From contig JAKAKP010000140.1 in the NCBI GenBank assembly GCA_021813445.1, forward strand, positions 1,280-65,279: DNA of 64,000 nucleotides, in the 5' to 3' direction. The position numbers and the translations under genes are program-made. Shown here in pieces: positions 1 to 9,916 of this stretch (positions within the stretch are counted from its first letter, which is position 1; each line of letters begins with the position of its first letter). The notes under the pieces are model-generated. The model was not told the origin of the DNA. It worked only from the letters and a program-made list of their open reading frames with translations, and did not search any database. Origin of the DNA: Deltaproteobacteria bacterium (GTDB taxonomy: Bacteria > Desulfobacterota > Desulfobaccia > Desulfobaccales > 0-14-0-80-60-11).

Positions 1-119
1 ACTAACTGCTATTTAGGCGCAGTTTAAATCAAAACATTTCATATTCGATATGGGAATCATAGTTAGGCATTGGATTCTACTGAAATCTTAAATTTTCCCT
101 CCATCAAATCTGACGGATT

Positions 120-1253
120 TTAAAGGAGCCCCACCAAATCTTTCAACCCGACCACCTTTACCTTCAACCCTTTATACTCTCGCCCATACGGACAGTCCAC
201 ATCGTGGGCCACTACCAGGTTTTCACCCAGGGGATACTGTTTTCTGAAGATGCTGAGATTGCCGGGATCAAAATCCCCGGCAGACCATTTGCACTCGATG
301 GCCGTCGGCTCAGCCGGCTTCTTTCTGAGAATAAAGTCGACCTCATGTGCCCGTTTGTCCCGCCAGTAAAATATCTGCCGGGTTTGGAGGTGGGCCTGCA
401 TTTCATTCAAAACCAGATGCTCCCAGAGGAGGCCGTAATCCTCCCGTCTTAGTTGCTGCCAACCTCGAAAGTAGCAAATAAAGCCGGTATCGAAGGCGTA
501 AACCTTGGGGGCCGAAACAATCTCAGTGGGACGGTGAGAACTGAAAGGTCTCACCACATGCATGAGGAATGTGGCCTCGAGGACACTCAGGTAGTTGGAG
601 ATGGTGGTGCGGCTCACTTCGCAGGGCCTGGCAAAGCTGCTGGCCTCAAAAATGCCGCCACTTTTAAGCAGCAACAACTCGACAAATTTTAAAAAAGCAT
701 GCCGCCTCTCCAACCGGAAGAGTTCCTGGATGTCCTTGGCCCAATAGGAATCCAGCCACTCCTGAAAATCCCGCTCCGGTATCTCGCTGGCCAGAAAGAA
801 AGGAGGCAATCCCCCAAAGAGAAATCGATGGCCCAGGTCCGTATTCTGAAAATCCTCAAGATCGGCCAAGATCATCGGGGTGAGCCATAACTCCGCTTTC
901 CGGCCGGCCAAGGTATCCCGAAATTTTGCCGATGCCCCCAGCGTTGAAGATCCGGTAGCCAGTACCTTCAGGCCAGGGAAATGATCCGCAGCAATTTTCA
1001 GCAGTTCTGAGGGGTTGGATAAGCGATGGATTTCATCCAGAACTAGGGTGCGGCTGCCAAGACCAGAGAGGAAAGACTGCGGGTCCTCCAGCATCCGCCT
1101 CACCCGGGGCAGCTCGCAATCAAAATACTCGATGTCGGCTAGGCTTCGGGAAAGATAAGTCTTCCCAACCCGCCGCACCCCGGCAAGCCAGACAATGGGG
1201 CGACGTTCCCAAGCCCTATTTAGCTGTTCCAGCCAAAATCGACGATTTACCAT
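120..1253 (-). CDS. AAA+ ATPase of the AAA_14/DUF4143 type
   Basis: 377-aa ORF. Walker A GVRRVGKT and Walker B-like LVLDEIH are present, and the C-terminal half is typical of DUF4143 ATPases. The gene is flanked by AT-rich DNA and gene relics. Confidence 0.8.
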   Translation of the reverse strand: MVNRRFWLEQLNRAWERRPIVWLAGVRRVGKTYLSRSLADIEYFDCELPRVRRMLEDPQSFLSGLGSRTLVLDEIHRLSNPSELLKIAADHFPGLKVLATGSSTLGASAKFRDTLAGRKAELWLTPMILADLEDFQNTDLGHRFLFGGLPPFFLASEIPERDFQEWLDSYWAKDIQELFRLERRHAFLKFVELLLLKSGGIFEASSFARPCEVSRTTISNYLSVLEATFLMHVVRPFSSHRPTEIVSAPKVYAFDTGFICYFRGWQQLRREDYGLLWEHLVLNEMQAHLQTRQIFYWRDKRAHEVDFILRKKPAEPTAIECKWSAGDFDPGNLSIFRKQYPLGENLVVAHDVDCPYGREYKGLKVKVVGLKDLVGLL

Positions 1254-1321
1254 TTGCAGCTATATTAGCATTTGGTGCTACTAATTGCAAATCAATATGC
1301 AATGAGTACATATTTTTCCCG

Positions 1322-1588
1322 CTACCCTAATCCTTTATTTTCGCTTTCATGTGGCTTATCTGTACCTCCGGGGAGACATTGCAATTTTCTAACAAGGGAA
1401 AGGTGCCGAGAATCAGAATTTTCCTCGACCTTAAGTTTGACTGTTAAGGTAGCTCCCGGAAGAGGTAATTCCCCAAAGAATCTTTTTCCTTCTTCCTCGC
1501 TGATTTCCGCAGTGTAGGTACGTCCCCGCTCAAAACCTTCCTCCCCGGATAGCTGGAAAAGAAATTCCCCCAAGGCTTCAAGATCCAT
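1322..1588 (-). CDS. Small acidic hypothetical protein (88 aa)
   Basis: The ORF has no recognisable motif. It is listed only because it is the sole non-overlapping ORF here and is co-oriented with its neighbours. Confidence 0.3.
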   Translation of the reverse strand: MDLEALGEFLFQLSGEEGFERGRTYTAEISEEEGKRFFGELPLPGATLTVKLKVEENSDSRHLSLVRKLQCLPGGTDKPHESENKGLG

Positions 1589-1600
1589 AGTTTTCCCCTT

Positions 1601-1726
1601 CTACCGCCACAACCTTTCAAACCTTGCCGGGTTTGCCGCCGTGTAAATGACGGTATGCTGAATGTTCCGGTGGCCCAGGTAGTCTATATCCGTGGATGAG
1701 AGCGTAAAGCACCAGGTCCGCCAGAG
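1601..1726 (-). pseudogene. 3' relic of a tyrosine recombinase/integrase gene
   Basis: My translation of the minus strand gives ...STDIDYLGHRNIQHTVIYTAANPARFERLWR*, the typical C-terminus of phage-integrase-family recombinases (LGH...T..Y with the catalytic Tyr). There is no upstream ORF or start, so the gene is truncated. Confidence 0.45.
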
Positions 1727-2115
1727 TTTTGAGATGCAATTTTCTCATGATGCTGCCGCAGGTGCGTCATGAAGGCGGCGAACCGGACCTCCCGGAGCCG
1801 GTCCTCAGCCTGCTGCCGTTCTTCGATTTCCTGTAGCAATTGCTCATTGGCCAGGATTGGCGGTCCTGATCTATCGATATCGCGAGTATTTATACCGCTG
1901 GATCAAAGCCTGGCATCTGGAAAAATTATAACCTACCCAGACACCGATACTGACTCATTCACTACCCCACTTCTTGTTATCCCCCGCAGCCATGATTAAT
2001 TTTGAATAGAAATAAGGCTCCCAAAGGCAATCATGCCGTCGGTTGGCCGAGAACGGAACTTGACAAATAACATTGGCTACATGTTTGGAGAAAAACCAGA
2101 AAGGGAACTCATCCT

Positions 2116-2670
2116 ATGGAAACATGGTTTGGGATCACAGCCATTTTCGTCGGTCTGGCCAGCTGCTTTTATGGCTACCCCTTATTCCGTATCCTTTTGA
2201 TCATTTCCGGCTTGATTTATGGGTACGTGCTTGGCCATTCCTGGATGTCGGCCAGCCATCCCTTTATGTCCCTGGCGATCGGGGTGGGGGCCGCGATAAT
2301 CCTGGCTATGCTCGCCTATCCTCTGTGGAGCATCGGAGTCGTCGTCATCGGTGCGGTATTGGGCCTGATGATCTTTGCCTCCATAGGGCTGGCCTTAAAT
2401 GCCTCCCAAGCGGTCAGAATCATGCTGGGGGTCATAGGTGCCGCGTCCATAGGGCTGCTGTTTTATCATGTACGGGACCTCTTCGTGATGCTGACCAGTG
2501 CCTTAAACGGGGCAGCCCTGGTGGTTTTTGGCCTGGGAGGTTTTTTCCCTGCCCCGGCGTTTGCCAGCCGGGGTAACCCATTTAATCTCGTGATCATGAT
2601 GGTTCTGGGCGCCTTTGGTTTTGCAGTCCAGTACGGGATGTTCAAAGAGCGCCGCACCTATTCAAAGTAG
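2116..2670 (+). CDS. Polytopic inner-membrane protein, about 6 TM helices (DUF4203/TMEM198-like)
   Basis: 184-aa ORF made almost entirely of hydrophobic helices rich in G/A/I/L. The family assignment is from memory only. Confidence 0.6.
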   Translation: METWFGITAIFVGLASCFYGYPLFRILLIISGLIYGYVLGHSWMSASHPFMSLAIGVGAAIILAMLAYPLWSIGVVVIGAVLGLMIFASIGLALNASQAVRIMLGVIGAASIGLLFYHVRDLFVMLTSALNGAALVVFGLGGFFPAPAFASRGNPFNLVIMMVLGAFGFAVQYGMFKERRTYSK

Positions 2671-2734
2671 CAGGGCCTTAGCCAATGTCCTTTTCTTGGG
2701 TTTCTTTACCTGCTGCAAATATTTGCCAAAAGCA

Positions 2735-3358
2735 TCAATCCAGGCTTTTGACGATATTTAATAGATGCCCTAAAATTTCCCGAAAGCGTTTCAGGAGGTC
2801 GATGTAAATGGACCAGGCGTCGGCCTGGCCTGGACTATCCATCATGCGGGTTTCATGCTCCGCTTCATTACGGAAACAACTGTCTCTGAGCTTCTCCCCT
2901 TCGGTTAGGACGTAAGCCTTCAGGGAAGCATCATTAATATGGAAGATATCAACCAGGGTGCTCATAACTCCGGTCAGCCGGGAAAACAGATCGTTGATGA
3001 AAAACAAATCCTGATCCGCCAGGATGGCCCCGCGGTTGCCCTTACGGCGTATGGGGTCCGCGAGTTTAGCGATCTTGTCCGCCATTGCTTCCATCTGGAA
3101 GACTATCCCTTGATGTTTGAGTAGATCAGGCTTTTCCCCTTCGGTGCAATTCTTTAAGTTTATTTCTAATTTCTCAAAAATCGGGTCCAGGTCCAAAATG
3201 ATATCATCCCGCAGCCGGGCAATTTCTGCCAATTCTGCCTGACTGTGCCGGTTGAAGGCGTGCCGCGCCGCCACCAGCATGAGGCGCAGATTGTCCATCG
3301 TGGGCCATAACTCCTTCATCAGGAGCAAAAAGGCCTCCTTTTTCGATTCCCCTGTCAC
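2735..3358 (-). CDS. Cytoplasmic helical hypothetical protein (possibly PhoU/DUF47-like)
   Basis: 207-aa ORF with charged, helical composition and normal codon usage. Function is not established from the sequence. Confidence 0.5.
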   Translation of the reverse strand: MTGESKKEAFLLLMKELWPTMDNLRLMLVAARHAFNRHSQAELAEIARLRDDIILDLDPIFEKLEINLKNCTEGEKPDLLKHQGIVFQMEAMADKIAKLADPIRRKGNRGAILADQDLFFINDLFSRLTGVMSTLVDIFHINDASLKAYVLTEGEKLRDSCFRNEAEHETRMMDSPGQADAWSIYIDLLKRFREILGHLLNIVKSLD

Positions 3359-3719
3359 GGTGTCTCCTCATTATCCTGGAATAGTTGTTTTCGCGGCTGC
3401 TCCCGGTCAGGCTTTATCGCGCTGAGACTATTATAATACCTAAAGAGCCGTAAAAGTCCTCAGCGCCGCCCAGGTGTGAATTAATTTCTTCTTCCCGATT
3501 CCGTGGAAAAATGGGTAGTGGGTTCTTGCTTTGTCCAGGCAATGGCTGCAATAAATCCAGCTCCATATCTTCTATCATTGCCAGAGGTGGATCTGCAGAT
3601 GGACTTAGGGGTTGCATCTCCAACTATCGTTATTAATTTTTACCCAAGTTCTGCCGGCTCACATAGCCTGCAGTAAGTCTTTCTGCACACCATGAACCCC
3701 AACTTTTCAGGATGTAATC

Positions 3720-4610
3720 ATGGGAAACCAGGATTCACCCAAATTTATGGCACTCTGGCCACAGGTATGGGTACTGTTAAAAAATACGTATGGGGAATGG
3801 AGCAAAGTGGATGCCCCGGTATTGGGAGCAGCCCTGGCCTTTTATACCATTTTTTCTCTGGCCCCGATTTTCATCATTGTGGTGGCCATTGCCGGAGTTA
3901 TTTTAGGCAGGGAATCCGTCCAGATATATATCATGGGCCAACTGGCGCAATTTGTAGGGCAGCATAATGCGTCAAGTATTATCCATATTATTCAGAATAG
4001 CTATAAAGTCGGCTCCGGTTTCGGAGCCACGATAATTGCTATTATCCTGATTCTTGTTGGCTCTACCACAGCCTTTGTCATGCTGAAAAATGCCTTAGAT
4101 ACCATTTGGGGAGTAAGCCATGCCGGCGGCTTGATAAATATAATTAAAAGCCGTTTAAAATCATTATTAGTCGTTTTATCTATAGGATTCTTATTATTAA
4201 TCTCAATGATATTGAGTTCGGTCATCTATGCCATGCAAAAATTTATGGGCGATATTATGCATATTCCATTCAACGTGATTGCCCTGAGTAATAATGTTTT
4301 GATGATCGTTATGGTTGCTTTTTTGTTTGCCATGTTATTTAAGATACTGCCGGATGTGAAAATTTCCTGGGGAGACGTCTGGATCGGAGGGGCAATAACC
4401 GCGGTATTATTTGCTTTAGGGAAATACCTCCTCGGCTTATACCTGGCGCGCAGCAGCATCAGCTCGGCTTATGGCGCTGCCGGTTCCCTGGTAGTCTTTC
4501 TGATGTGGGTCTATTATTCCGCCCAGATCTTTTTCTTCGGTGCGGTCTTCACCCGGGTTTATGTCAGAAGTTATGGCCCCGCAATAATCCCCCAGAAACC
4601 TGAAGGCTAG
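3720..4610 (+). CDS. YihY/BrkB (virulence factor BrkB / former RNase BN) family membrane protein
   Basis: 296 aa. The N-terminal ...GEWSKVDAPVLGAALAFYTIFSLAPIFII... signature is followed by 5-6 TM helices, which is characteristic of the YihY family. Confidence 0.85.
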   Translation: MGNQDSPKFMALWPQVWVLLKNTYGEWSKVDAPVLGAALAFYTIFSLAPIFIIVVAIAGVILGRESVQIYIMGQLAQFVGQHNASSIIHIIQNSYKVGSGFGATIIAIILILVGSTTAFVMLKNALDTIWGVSHAGGLINIIKSRLKSLLVVLSIGFLLLISMILSSVIYAMQKFMGDIMHIPFNVIALSNNVLMIVMVAFLFAMLFKILPDVKISWGDVWIGGAITAVLFALGKYLLGLYLARSSISSAYGAAGSLVVFLMWVYYSAQIFFFGAVFTRVYVRSYGPAIIPQKPEG

Positions 4611-5050
4611 GGCAGCTTGAGCGTCACCTGCCATCGGGGTGACCAAGCCCCTCACCAAAGGGGTGACTCTGTCGGTGGGACGCAAGTTAAATCCCGCGGA
4701 GGGGGATAATCCGTGCAATTGCGCCTGGAATACCGTATCAACCGCCATTTCAGCCTGGAAGCGGAAGGAGGTCAGAACCGGAAGGCAGCCGATGCCTTGT
4801 TCAACTATGAATGGTATTTCCCTGTATCCGATCAGGGGAATAAGTGCCGGTTAACCTTCGGCTAGATCGCCAGGTTTTGTTTAGGGCACCCAAGGCAATT
4901 CAAGATCCATTCTCGGGTTAGTTAAGAATGCCGATTACTCCTAGGTGCAAAGTCAAGTTCCAACGGCGCCCCGGTATTCTTTATAGAATCCAAGCCAGTC
5001 TCCTATTCGTGGTACCCCTCGCAAGTAGGACCGCAAGGAAGGTCGCGGAG

Positions 5051-5857
5051 TTACATAAACTCGGGCTCCGCCTGGGGTTCTTCCCTTTGCTTGAAGGGCT
5101 TGCGCTCTTCCCTGGCGGGTTTCTGTCCCCGGGGATAAATCACCGGCAGGGTTTGCAGAGCGCGGCCCGGGACCCAGCCCACCGCGCCGCTGGCAGGCTG
5201 GCGCACCTTAAACCAGCCGCCGCTCTCCCCGATCTTTTCCACCTGGGTGTTAAACTTAAGGGTTCTGATGACCTCGCTCCGGGGCGCGGGCTTGGATTTC
5301 AGGTTAAGTCTGGCAACCGCCACATAGTAATAGTTGCGGGCCGGCTTTTGCTGGGTCTCTTCGTACTGCGCGGTCAAAGCCGCGGCCGGAACCCAGCCCA
5401 AACTATGGCCCTTGATCACCAGGACCCGCCACCACCCCTGCTCTCCCTCCGCCACTTTTTGCACTTTCTCCCCCCGAAACAGCATCTGCAAGGGGAGGCA
5501 ATCTTGGCGGGGACACTCCTTAAGCGCTACGGTATCCGCGTTGATATAGTAAAACGCGGTGGGAACGGCCTCGGCACTGAGCAGCCCCTTCCGGACCCAG
5601 CCGCTCTGGCCGCTGCGCCGCACTTTCACCCGCCACCAGCCGGACTTGCCTTCCTCCATCTTTTCCACTTCATCACCCTGATAAAGCTGGCCCATGACAT
5701 TGGCAGCGTCACTGGGATTGTCTTTCAGATAGGTGATTTCCTGGTTCACATAGAAATGGGCCTGCGGGGCAGTAACCGGAGCAGTGGCGCAGGACCAGGC
5801 CAAGACCGAGACCAGGACCGCCAGCAGAAATCTTATCAGATGCTTGCGCGGCATCAC
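5051..5857 (-). CDS. Lipoprotein with three bacterial SH3 (SH3b) repeats
   Basis: Signal peptide with lipobox LAWSC. Three repeats end GWWRVKV..GQSGWVRKGLL, GWWRVLV..HSLGWVPAAAL and GGWFKVRQ..GAVGWVPGRAL. Confidence 0.8.
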   Translation of the reverse strand: MMPRKHLIRFLLAVLVSVLAWSCATAPVTAPQAHFYVNQEITYLKDNPSDAANVMGQLYQGDEVEKMEEGKSGWWRVKVRRSGQSGWVRKGLLSAEAVPTAFYYINADTVALKECPRQDCLPLQMLFRGEKVQKVAEGEQGWWRVLVIKGHSLGWVPAAALTAQYEETQQKPARNYYYVAVARLNLKSKPAPRSEVIRTLKFNTQVEKIGESGGWFKVRQPASGAVGWVPGRALQTLPVIYPRGQKPAREERKPFKQREEPQAEPEFM

Positions 5858-5871
5858 CGGTTCCTTCAGGA

Positions 5872-6459
5872 CTAGTCCGCCTTAGCCAAGGCGGAGATTT
5901 GCCATTGACCCGACTCCCGGGAAAAGGTGATCCAATAGGTCCGGGAAATATTCTGCTGCTTCATGGTGCTGATATTCTGCGCCTCAATCAGCCAGGTTAC
6001 CCGGGCCACCGCGGTATTGTCGGTCACGGGTTTGATCTCCTGGATCTCGAATGCCATTTTCGGGTAGTTATAGATCCTCCAGGCCTTGGAGATGCCTTGG
6101 GTGCGCTGCGTCAACTGCGGGAAGTTCGGGGAATAATAGCTCAAAAGTTGTGACAAATCCCTCTTCTGATTGGCCTCCCGGATGCCGGCCAGCACCTGCT
6201 CCAACTGGCTCCTTAAGTCGGGAGCCGGCGCGGTCGGGACTTTGGCGGCAATGGGAGGGGCGGCAGCCGCCTCGGGAGCCGGTAGGGCTTGCACCGGCGG
6301 AGCCTCTACCCCCTTGCCGGAGGTGGCAAAAAAGGCCCTGCCGTGAACAATAAACCAGAGGAGGTAGCTGACGAGCACCAACCCCAATACCGGCCCCAAG
6401 CCGTGAAACCAGAGAGATTTCCAGCGGGGCCAGAGGGTGGATTTAGGTCTATCAGTCAT
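5872..6459 (-). CDS. Membrane-anchored hypothetical protein with a Pro/Ala linker and a C-terminal NTF2/SnoaL-like region
   Basis: 195 aa with one N-terminal TM helix, a PA-rich linker and a C-terminal globular domain. It ends 15 nt upstream of the SH3b gene start, on the same strand. Confidence 0.55.
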   Translation of the reverse strand: MTDRPKSTLWPRWKSLWFHGLGPVLGLVLVSYLLWFIVHGRAFFATSGKGVEAPPVQALPAPEAAAAPPIAAKVPTAPAPDLRSQLEQVLAGIREANQKRDLSQLLSYYSPNFPQLTQRTQGISKAWRIYNYPKMAFEIQEIKPVTDNTAVARVTWLIEAQNISTMKQQNISRTYWITFSRESGQWQISALAKAD

Positions 6460-6656
6460 TTCCGGCGCTCAGCGAATCCTTAGGGGATATGATACCAAAA
6501 TTTGTACTGCTAAGGAAGGTGCGGGCCAGCCTCACCTGGGAATTGCCGTATGGTGCCGCGGCTCAATCTGTGGTAAGATAATATTGGGCATAATTTCTCA
6601 TAATAATTAACAAATGGCATCGTCATTTTTTACTGGCCTGAATCTAGTGCTACTGG

Positions 6657-8750
6657 TTGCCGAATTATGGAGTGCAAGTTAAGTTGATGTCAGCCACTGA
6701 TGATCTTCGAAAATTTCCCTGGTATTTTATTCTGATATTCTGCATTCTCTCCCTGGGAATACTAACGACGGGATATTTATATTACAAGAACCAGGAGGGG
6801 TACATCAAGAAAGAAAAGCAGCAAGAACTTGCTGCCATTATTGCCCTGAAAGTGGAGCAGATTATCTCCTGGCGCCAGGAACGCCTGGATTATGCCAGCA
6901 CTATTATGGATGACCCCTTTTTCGCCATGCAGGTGATGGATTTTTTCCGGGGGAAACCCAAGCCTCTGCTCCGGAAACAGATTCTGGAGCGGCTGACCAC
7001 CCTGGCCACATATCAATATCGCAGCCTGACTTTAGTCGACCCCCAGGGGCATGTCAGATTGGCGGCGCCGGCCTCAGGGCGGGAGCTTAACCCTTACCTG
7101 CAATCCCTGGCGGCGCAGGCAATCCAGACCCAAAAAGTCATTTTTTCAGATCTGTATCTGGATGAAGACTCGAAGCCCAGGCTCTGCGTCCTCACGCCGC
7201 TCCTGGTCATGCAGGGGGACAAGAAGATTACCGTGGGCGTGACTCTGATGAGCATCGAACCCTATCAGTTTCTTTATCCTCTGTTGAAAGAATGGCCCAC
7301 CCCGAGTCTGACCGGAGAGACCGAGCTGGTCCGCCGGGAGGGCCAGGAAGTGGTGTTTCTCAATGAACTCCGGCATCAGAAGAACGTTCCCCTGCACCTG
7401 CGGTTGCCCCTGGATTCCCCCCACCTGCTGGAGGCCAGGGTCGCCAGGGGGCAAAGAGGCATTGTGGAGGGCCTGGATTATCGGGGAGTGCCGGTTATTG
7501 CCGCGGGAGGAGCCATTCCGGACTCCTCCTGGTTTATCATCGCCAAGATCGACGCCGGCGAAATTTATGCCCCGCTGAAAAAGCTGACCCATGAAGTCGT
7601 TTTTCTCCTGATTATCTTGATCGGCAGCGCCGGCCTCGGTGTGGCCTATTTCTCGCGGAATCAGCAAATCAGCTTCTACCGCCGGCAATATGAAGTGGAG
7701 CGGGAGCGCCGCGCCCTGGCGCAGCGTTATGAGTATCTCACCAGGTTTGCCAATGACATCATCCTGGTGGCGGACAGGAATCTACTGATTGTGGAAGCCA
7801 ACGACCGGGCGGCGGTGGCCTACGGCTATGAGCGCGCTGAACTCCTGAAGCTCCATCTCCTGGATTTATATCCGCCGGGGTCGGAACGGGTTCTGGATAC
7901 CCTGATACTGCATGGCAAAGAAACCAGCGGGCTGATTTTTGAAGCTATTCAACAAAGGAAAGATGGTACGACTTTTCCAGCGGAGGTCAGCCTGCGCCAA
8001 TTGGAGATCGAAGGGGAGGTGTTGTTTCAGGAAATCATCCGGGATATCACTGAGCGCCAACGTACCGAGGAGGTGCTGCAAGAATCGGCCAAGAACCTGC
8101 GCCACCTGGCCTCGCAGCTGCTGCGGGCCCAGGAAGACGAGCGGAAACGAATCTCCCGGGAATTGCATGATCAACTGGGACACGCCTTGCTGGCCTTGAA
8201 GCTGCAGATCGAAGCGGTGGCCACCAAACTGTCTCCGGCCCAGAGTACTCTTAAAACCGAGATGCATAAGATCTTGGGCTACATGGGCACTACCATAGAA
8301 GAGGTGCGCCGCCTTTATCTGGATCTCAGCCCTGGCGACCTGGAGGACTTGGGTCTCACCGCGGCCCTGCAATCGTTGGTGGAGGATTTTGCCGACCTCC
8401 AAAAGCATGCGAAATTTACGCTCGATCTGGATGACCTGGACGGCCTCTTTGCCTTGCCGGTGCAGACCGCGATCTACCGGGTGGTGCAAGAAGCTTTGAC
8501 GAATATCGGCAAACACGCCCAACCGCAGCACGTGTCGCTGCAGATCAAGCGGGACGGGCAAAATGTCTCTTTTCTGATTGCCGACGACGGCAAGGGCTTT
8601 GACCGTCATTCAAACACCGACAAGAAAACCTTGGGCCTCCTGACGATGGCAGAGCGGGTGAGAATCCTGGGGGGCTCTTTTGACTTATGGAGCCAAAAAG
8701 GGCACGGCACCAAGATCTCCTTTACCATTCCCATAACCGGAGAATCATGA
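6657..8750 (+). CDS. Sensor histidine kinase (periplasmic sensor domain, PAS, HisKA_3, HATPase_c; NarX/DegS type)
   Basis: Two TM helices flank a domain of about 270 aa, followed by a PAS domain. H-box RISRELHDQLGHALLALK and ATPase motifs ALTNIGKHA and DDGKGF are present. TTG start at 6657; an alternative ATG (MSATDD) lies at 6687. Confidence 0.9.
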   Translation: MPNYGVQVKLMSATDDLRKFPWYFILIFCILSLGILTTGYLYYKNQEGYIKKEKQQELAAIIALKVEQIISWRQERLDYASTIMDDPFFAMQVMDFFRGKPKPLLRKQILERLTTLATYQYRSLTLVDPQGHVRLAAPASGRELNPYLQSLAAQAIQTQKVIFSDLYLDEDSKPRLCVLTPLLVMQGDKKITVGVTLMSIEPYQFLYPLLKEWPTPSLTGETELVRREGQEVVFLNELRHQKNVPLHLRLPLDSPHLLEARVARGQRGIVEGLDYRGVPVIAAGGAIPDSSWFIIAKIDAGEIYAPLKKLTHEVVFLLIILIGSAGLGVAYFSRNQQISFYRRQYEVERERRALAQRYEYLTRFANDIILVADRNLLIVEANDRAAVAYGYERAELLKLHLLDLYPPGSERVLDTLILHGKETSGLIFEAIQQRKDGTTFPAEVSLRQLEIEGEVLFQEIIRDITERQRTEEVLQESAKNLRHLASQLLRAQEDERKRISRELHDQLGHALLALKLQIEAVATKLSPAQSTLKTEMHKILGYMGTTIEEVRRLYLDLSPGDLEDLGLTAALQSLVEDFADLQKHAKFTLDLDDLDGLFALPVQTAIYRVVQEALTNIGKHAQPQHVSLQIKRDGQNVSFLIADDGKGFDRHSNTDKKTLGLLTMAERVRILGGSFDLWSQKGHGTKISFTIPITGES

Positions 8751-9391
8751 GCATGGCTGGCTATACCATCGTCATCGCCGATGATCACGTGATGTTCCGT
8801 GAAGGAGTTAAACACATTATTGAGCAGAGCCCGGAGGTCTGCATCAGCGGTGAGGCCAATGACGGACTCGAACTGATGGATTTGTTGAAAAAGTCTCCCC
8901 CGGACCTGGTCGTTCTGGACATTTCCATGCCCAATCTGCGCGGCCTGGAAGCCATTAAAGAAATTAAGCGCGGCTACCCCCAGGTAAAAATCCTGGTCTT
9001 GACCATGCACAAAAAAAAGGAGTTCATCCGCCAAGCCCTGGCCGGCGGTGCCGATGGCTATTTGCTCAAGGAAGATGCCGGCGGCGAACTGATTCAGGCG
9101 GTGCAGGCCATCAGAAAAGGCGGCAAATATTTTTCTCCCCTGGTGGCCTCCTTGATGACCAGCCTGGTCCTGGAGCCGGCCAAGGCCGAAATCTTATCAA
9201 TCCGGGAAAGGGAGGTCCTAAAACTCCTGGCGGAAGGGAAAAAAACCGAGGAAATCGCCGCCATTCTGTACATCAGCCCCCATACCGTGCGCCGCCACCG
9301 CGCCAATATCATGGAAAAGCTGGAGATCAACAACTTGGCCGATCTGCTCAAGTATGCCATTTCCCACCACTATCTCGTTGACTTTTCTTAA
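8747..9391 (+). CDS. Response regulator, NarL/LuxR family (REC + LuxR HTH)
   Basis: MSMAGYTIVIADDH...VVLDISMP, with C-terminal LSIREREVLKLLAEGKKTEEIA...TVRRHRANIMEKL. The ATG at 8747 overlaps the kinase stop as ATGA (translational coupling). The ORF-track start at 8687 is an artefactual extension. Confidence 0.9.
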   Translation: MSMAGYTIVIADDHVMFREGVKHIIEQSPEVCISGEANDGLELMDLLKKSPPDLVVLDISMPNLRGLEAIKEIKRGYPQVKILVLTMHKKKEFIRQALAGGADGYLLKEDAGGELIQAVQAIRKGGKYFSPLVASLMTSLVLEPAKAEILSIREREVLKLLAEGKKTEEIAAILYISPHTVRRHRANIMEKLEINNLADLLKYAISHHYLVDFS

Positions 9392-9422
9392 AAGCCATTT
9401 CCAAACCTCGACTTCCCCTATT

Positions 9423-9494
9423 TGTCATTCTGAGCGCCGCGAAGAATCTCGTTTTTTCAAGGCGTTGAGATCCTTCACTGCGTTCAGGATGACA
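9423..9494. repeat. 72-nt hairpin repeat, family A (TGTCATTCTGAGCG...CGTTCAGGATGACA)
   Basis: Arms of about 28 nt form an imperfect inverted repeat. A second 72-nt copy lies at 26506-26577. It generates spurious HSERSEESR / FTAFRMT peptides in the ORF track. Confidence 0.8.
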
Positions 9495-9916
9495 AAAAAA
9501 GAAGGGTTTGAAATAGCTTGCAGGCTTGCCATCCGGCAATTGATCAAAATGATCATGAGAAAATGGTCAGCGCATGTATCGACTTCCCGCCCCACCCTGC
9601 CCATACTAAAAGCCGAATGAAAGATTTTTCGGTTTTATACCAAGTTCGTTTTTGCACGTGACAAAGCCTAAAGACCGGCGTGCATCGGCGGATTATCTTT
9701 AACCGCCGATAAACGCAGATGAACGCCGGCTGATTCTGGCGGTTTGTTGCGTGGCAATATGAATTTGGTATTACTTGGCCTGGAGTAAGGCCCGGGGAAT
9801 AAAACTTTTCCCAGGCCCAATAACATCAGGACCAGCGGCGTCGGGGCCGGGATGCCAGGGCCTTTGGCGGCATCCGCCTCAATGCCAGGATTTCGCCTAC
9901 AAGGGGGAAGGAAACA

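Noticed and set aside
1690-1760. LuxR-type HTH reading (IMRKLHLKTLADLVLYALIHGY), considered as a live small gene.
   Set aside because: It is preceded by an in-frame stop, has no receiver or ligand domain, and overlaps the integrase relic frame. I treat it as a gene fragment only.
3414-3623. 69-aa minus-strand ORF, and the similar 65-aa ORF at 21501-21698.
   Set aside because: They have no RBS, motif or homology that I can recognise. They may be real small proteins, but the sequence alone does not support a call.
4755-4800. SRP (4.5S) RNA-like motif AGGTCAGAACCGGAAGGCAGCC in the gene-free spacer after the YihY gene.
   Set aside because: The 5' side resembles the domain IV consensus (AGGUCAGGUCC-GGAA). 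The 3' side lacks three nucleotides of the conserved GGAAGCAGCC symmetric loop. I could also not build the flanking helix-5 pairing by hand. A cmsearch with the bacterial small SRP model would settle it.
4928-5875. 315-aa plus-strand ORF.
   Set aside because: It is the antisense shadow of the SH3b lipoprotein gene. It has an Arg/Gly/Pro/Leu-rich low-complexity composition and no motifs, while the opposite strand has clear SH3b repeats.
8687-8746. Upstream extensions of track ORFs, also at 10435-10566, 18950-19012, 21228-21320, 24219-24248, 44404-44568, 46465-46587, 47228-47494, 55571-55633 and 58188-58277.
   Set aside because: In each case an internal ATG with a better RBS, or with a signal-peptide or domain start, coincides with the expected family N-terminus. 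The extension overlaps the upstream gene or repeats.
9348-9620. Small ORFs reading ...HPERSEGSQRLEK... and ...CHSERREESRFFKALRSFTAFRMT..., with the same at 26494-26724.
   Set aside because: These are translations of the family A hairpin repeat on both strands. They are repeat artefacts, not genes.
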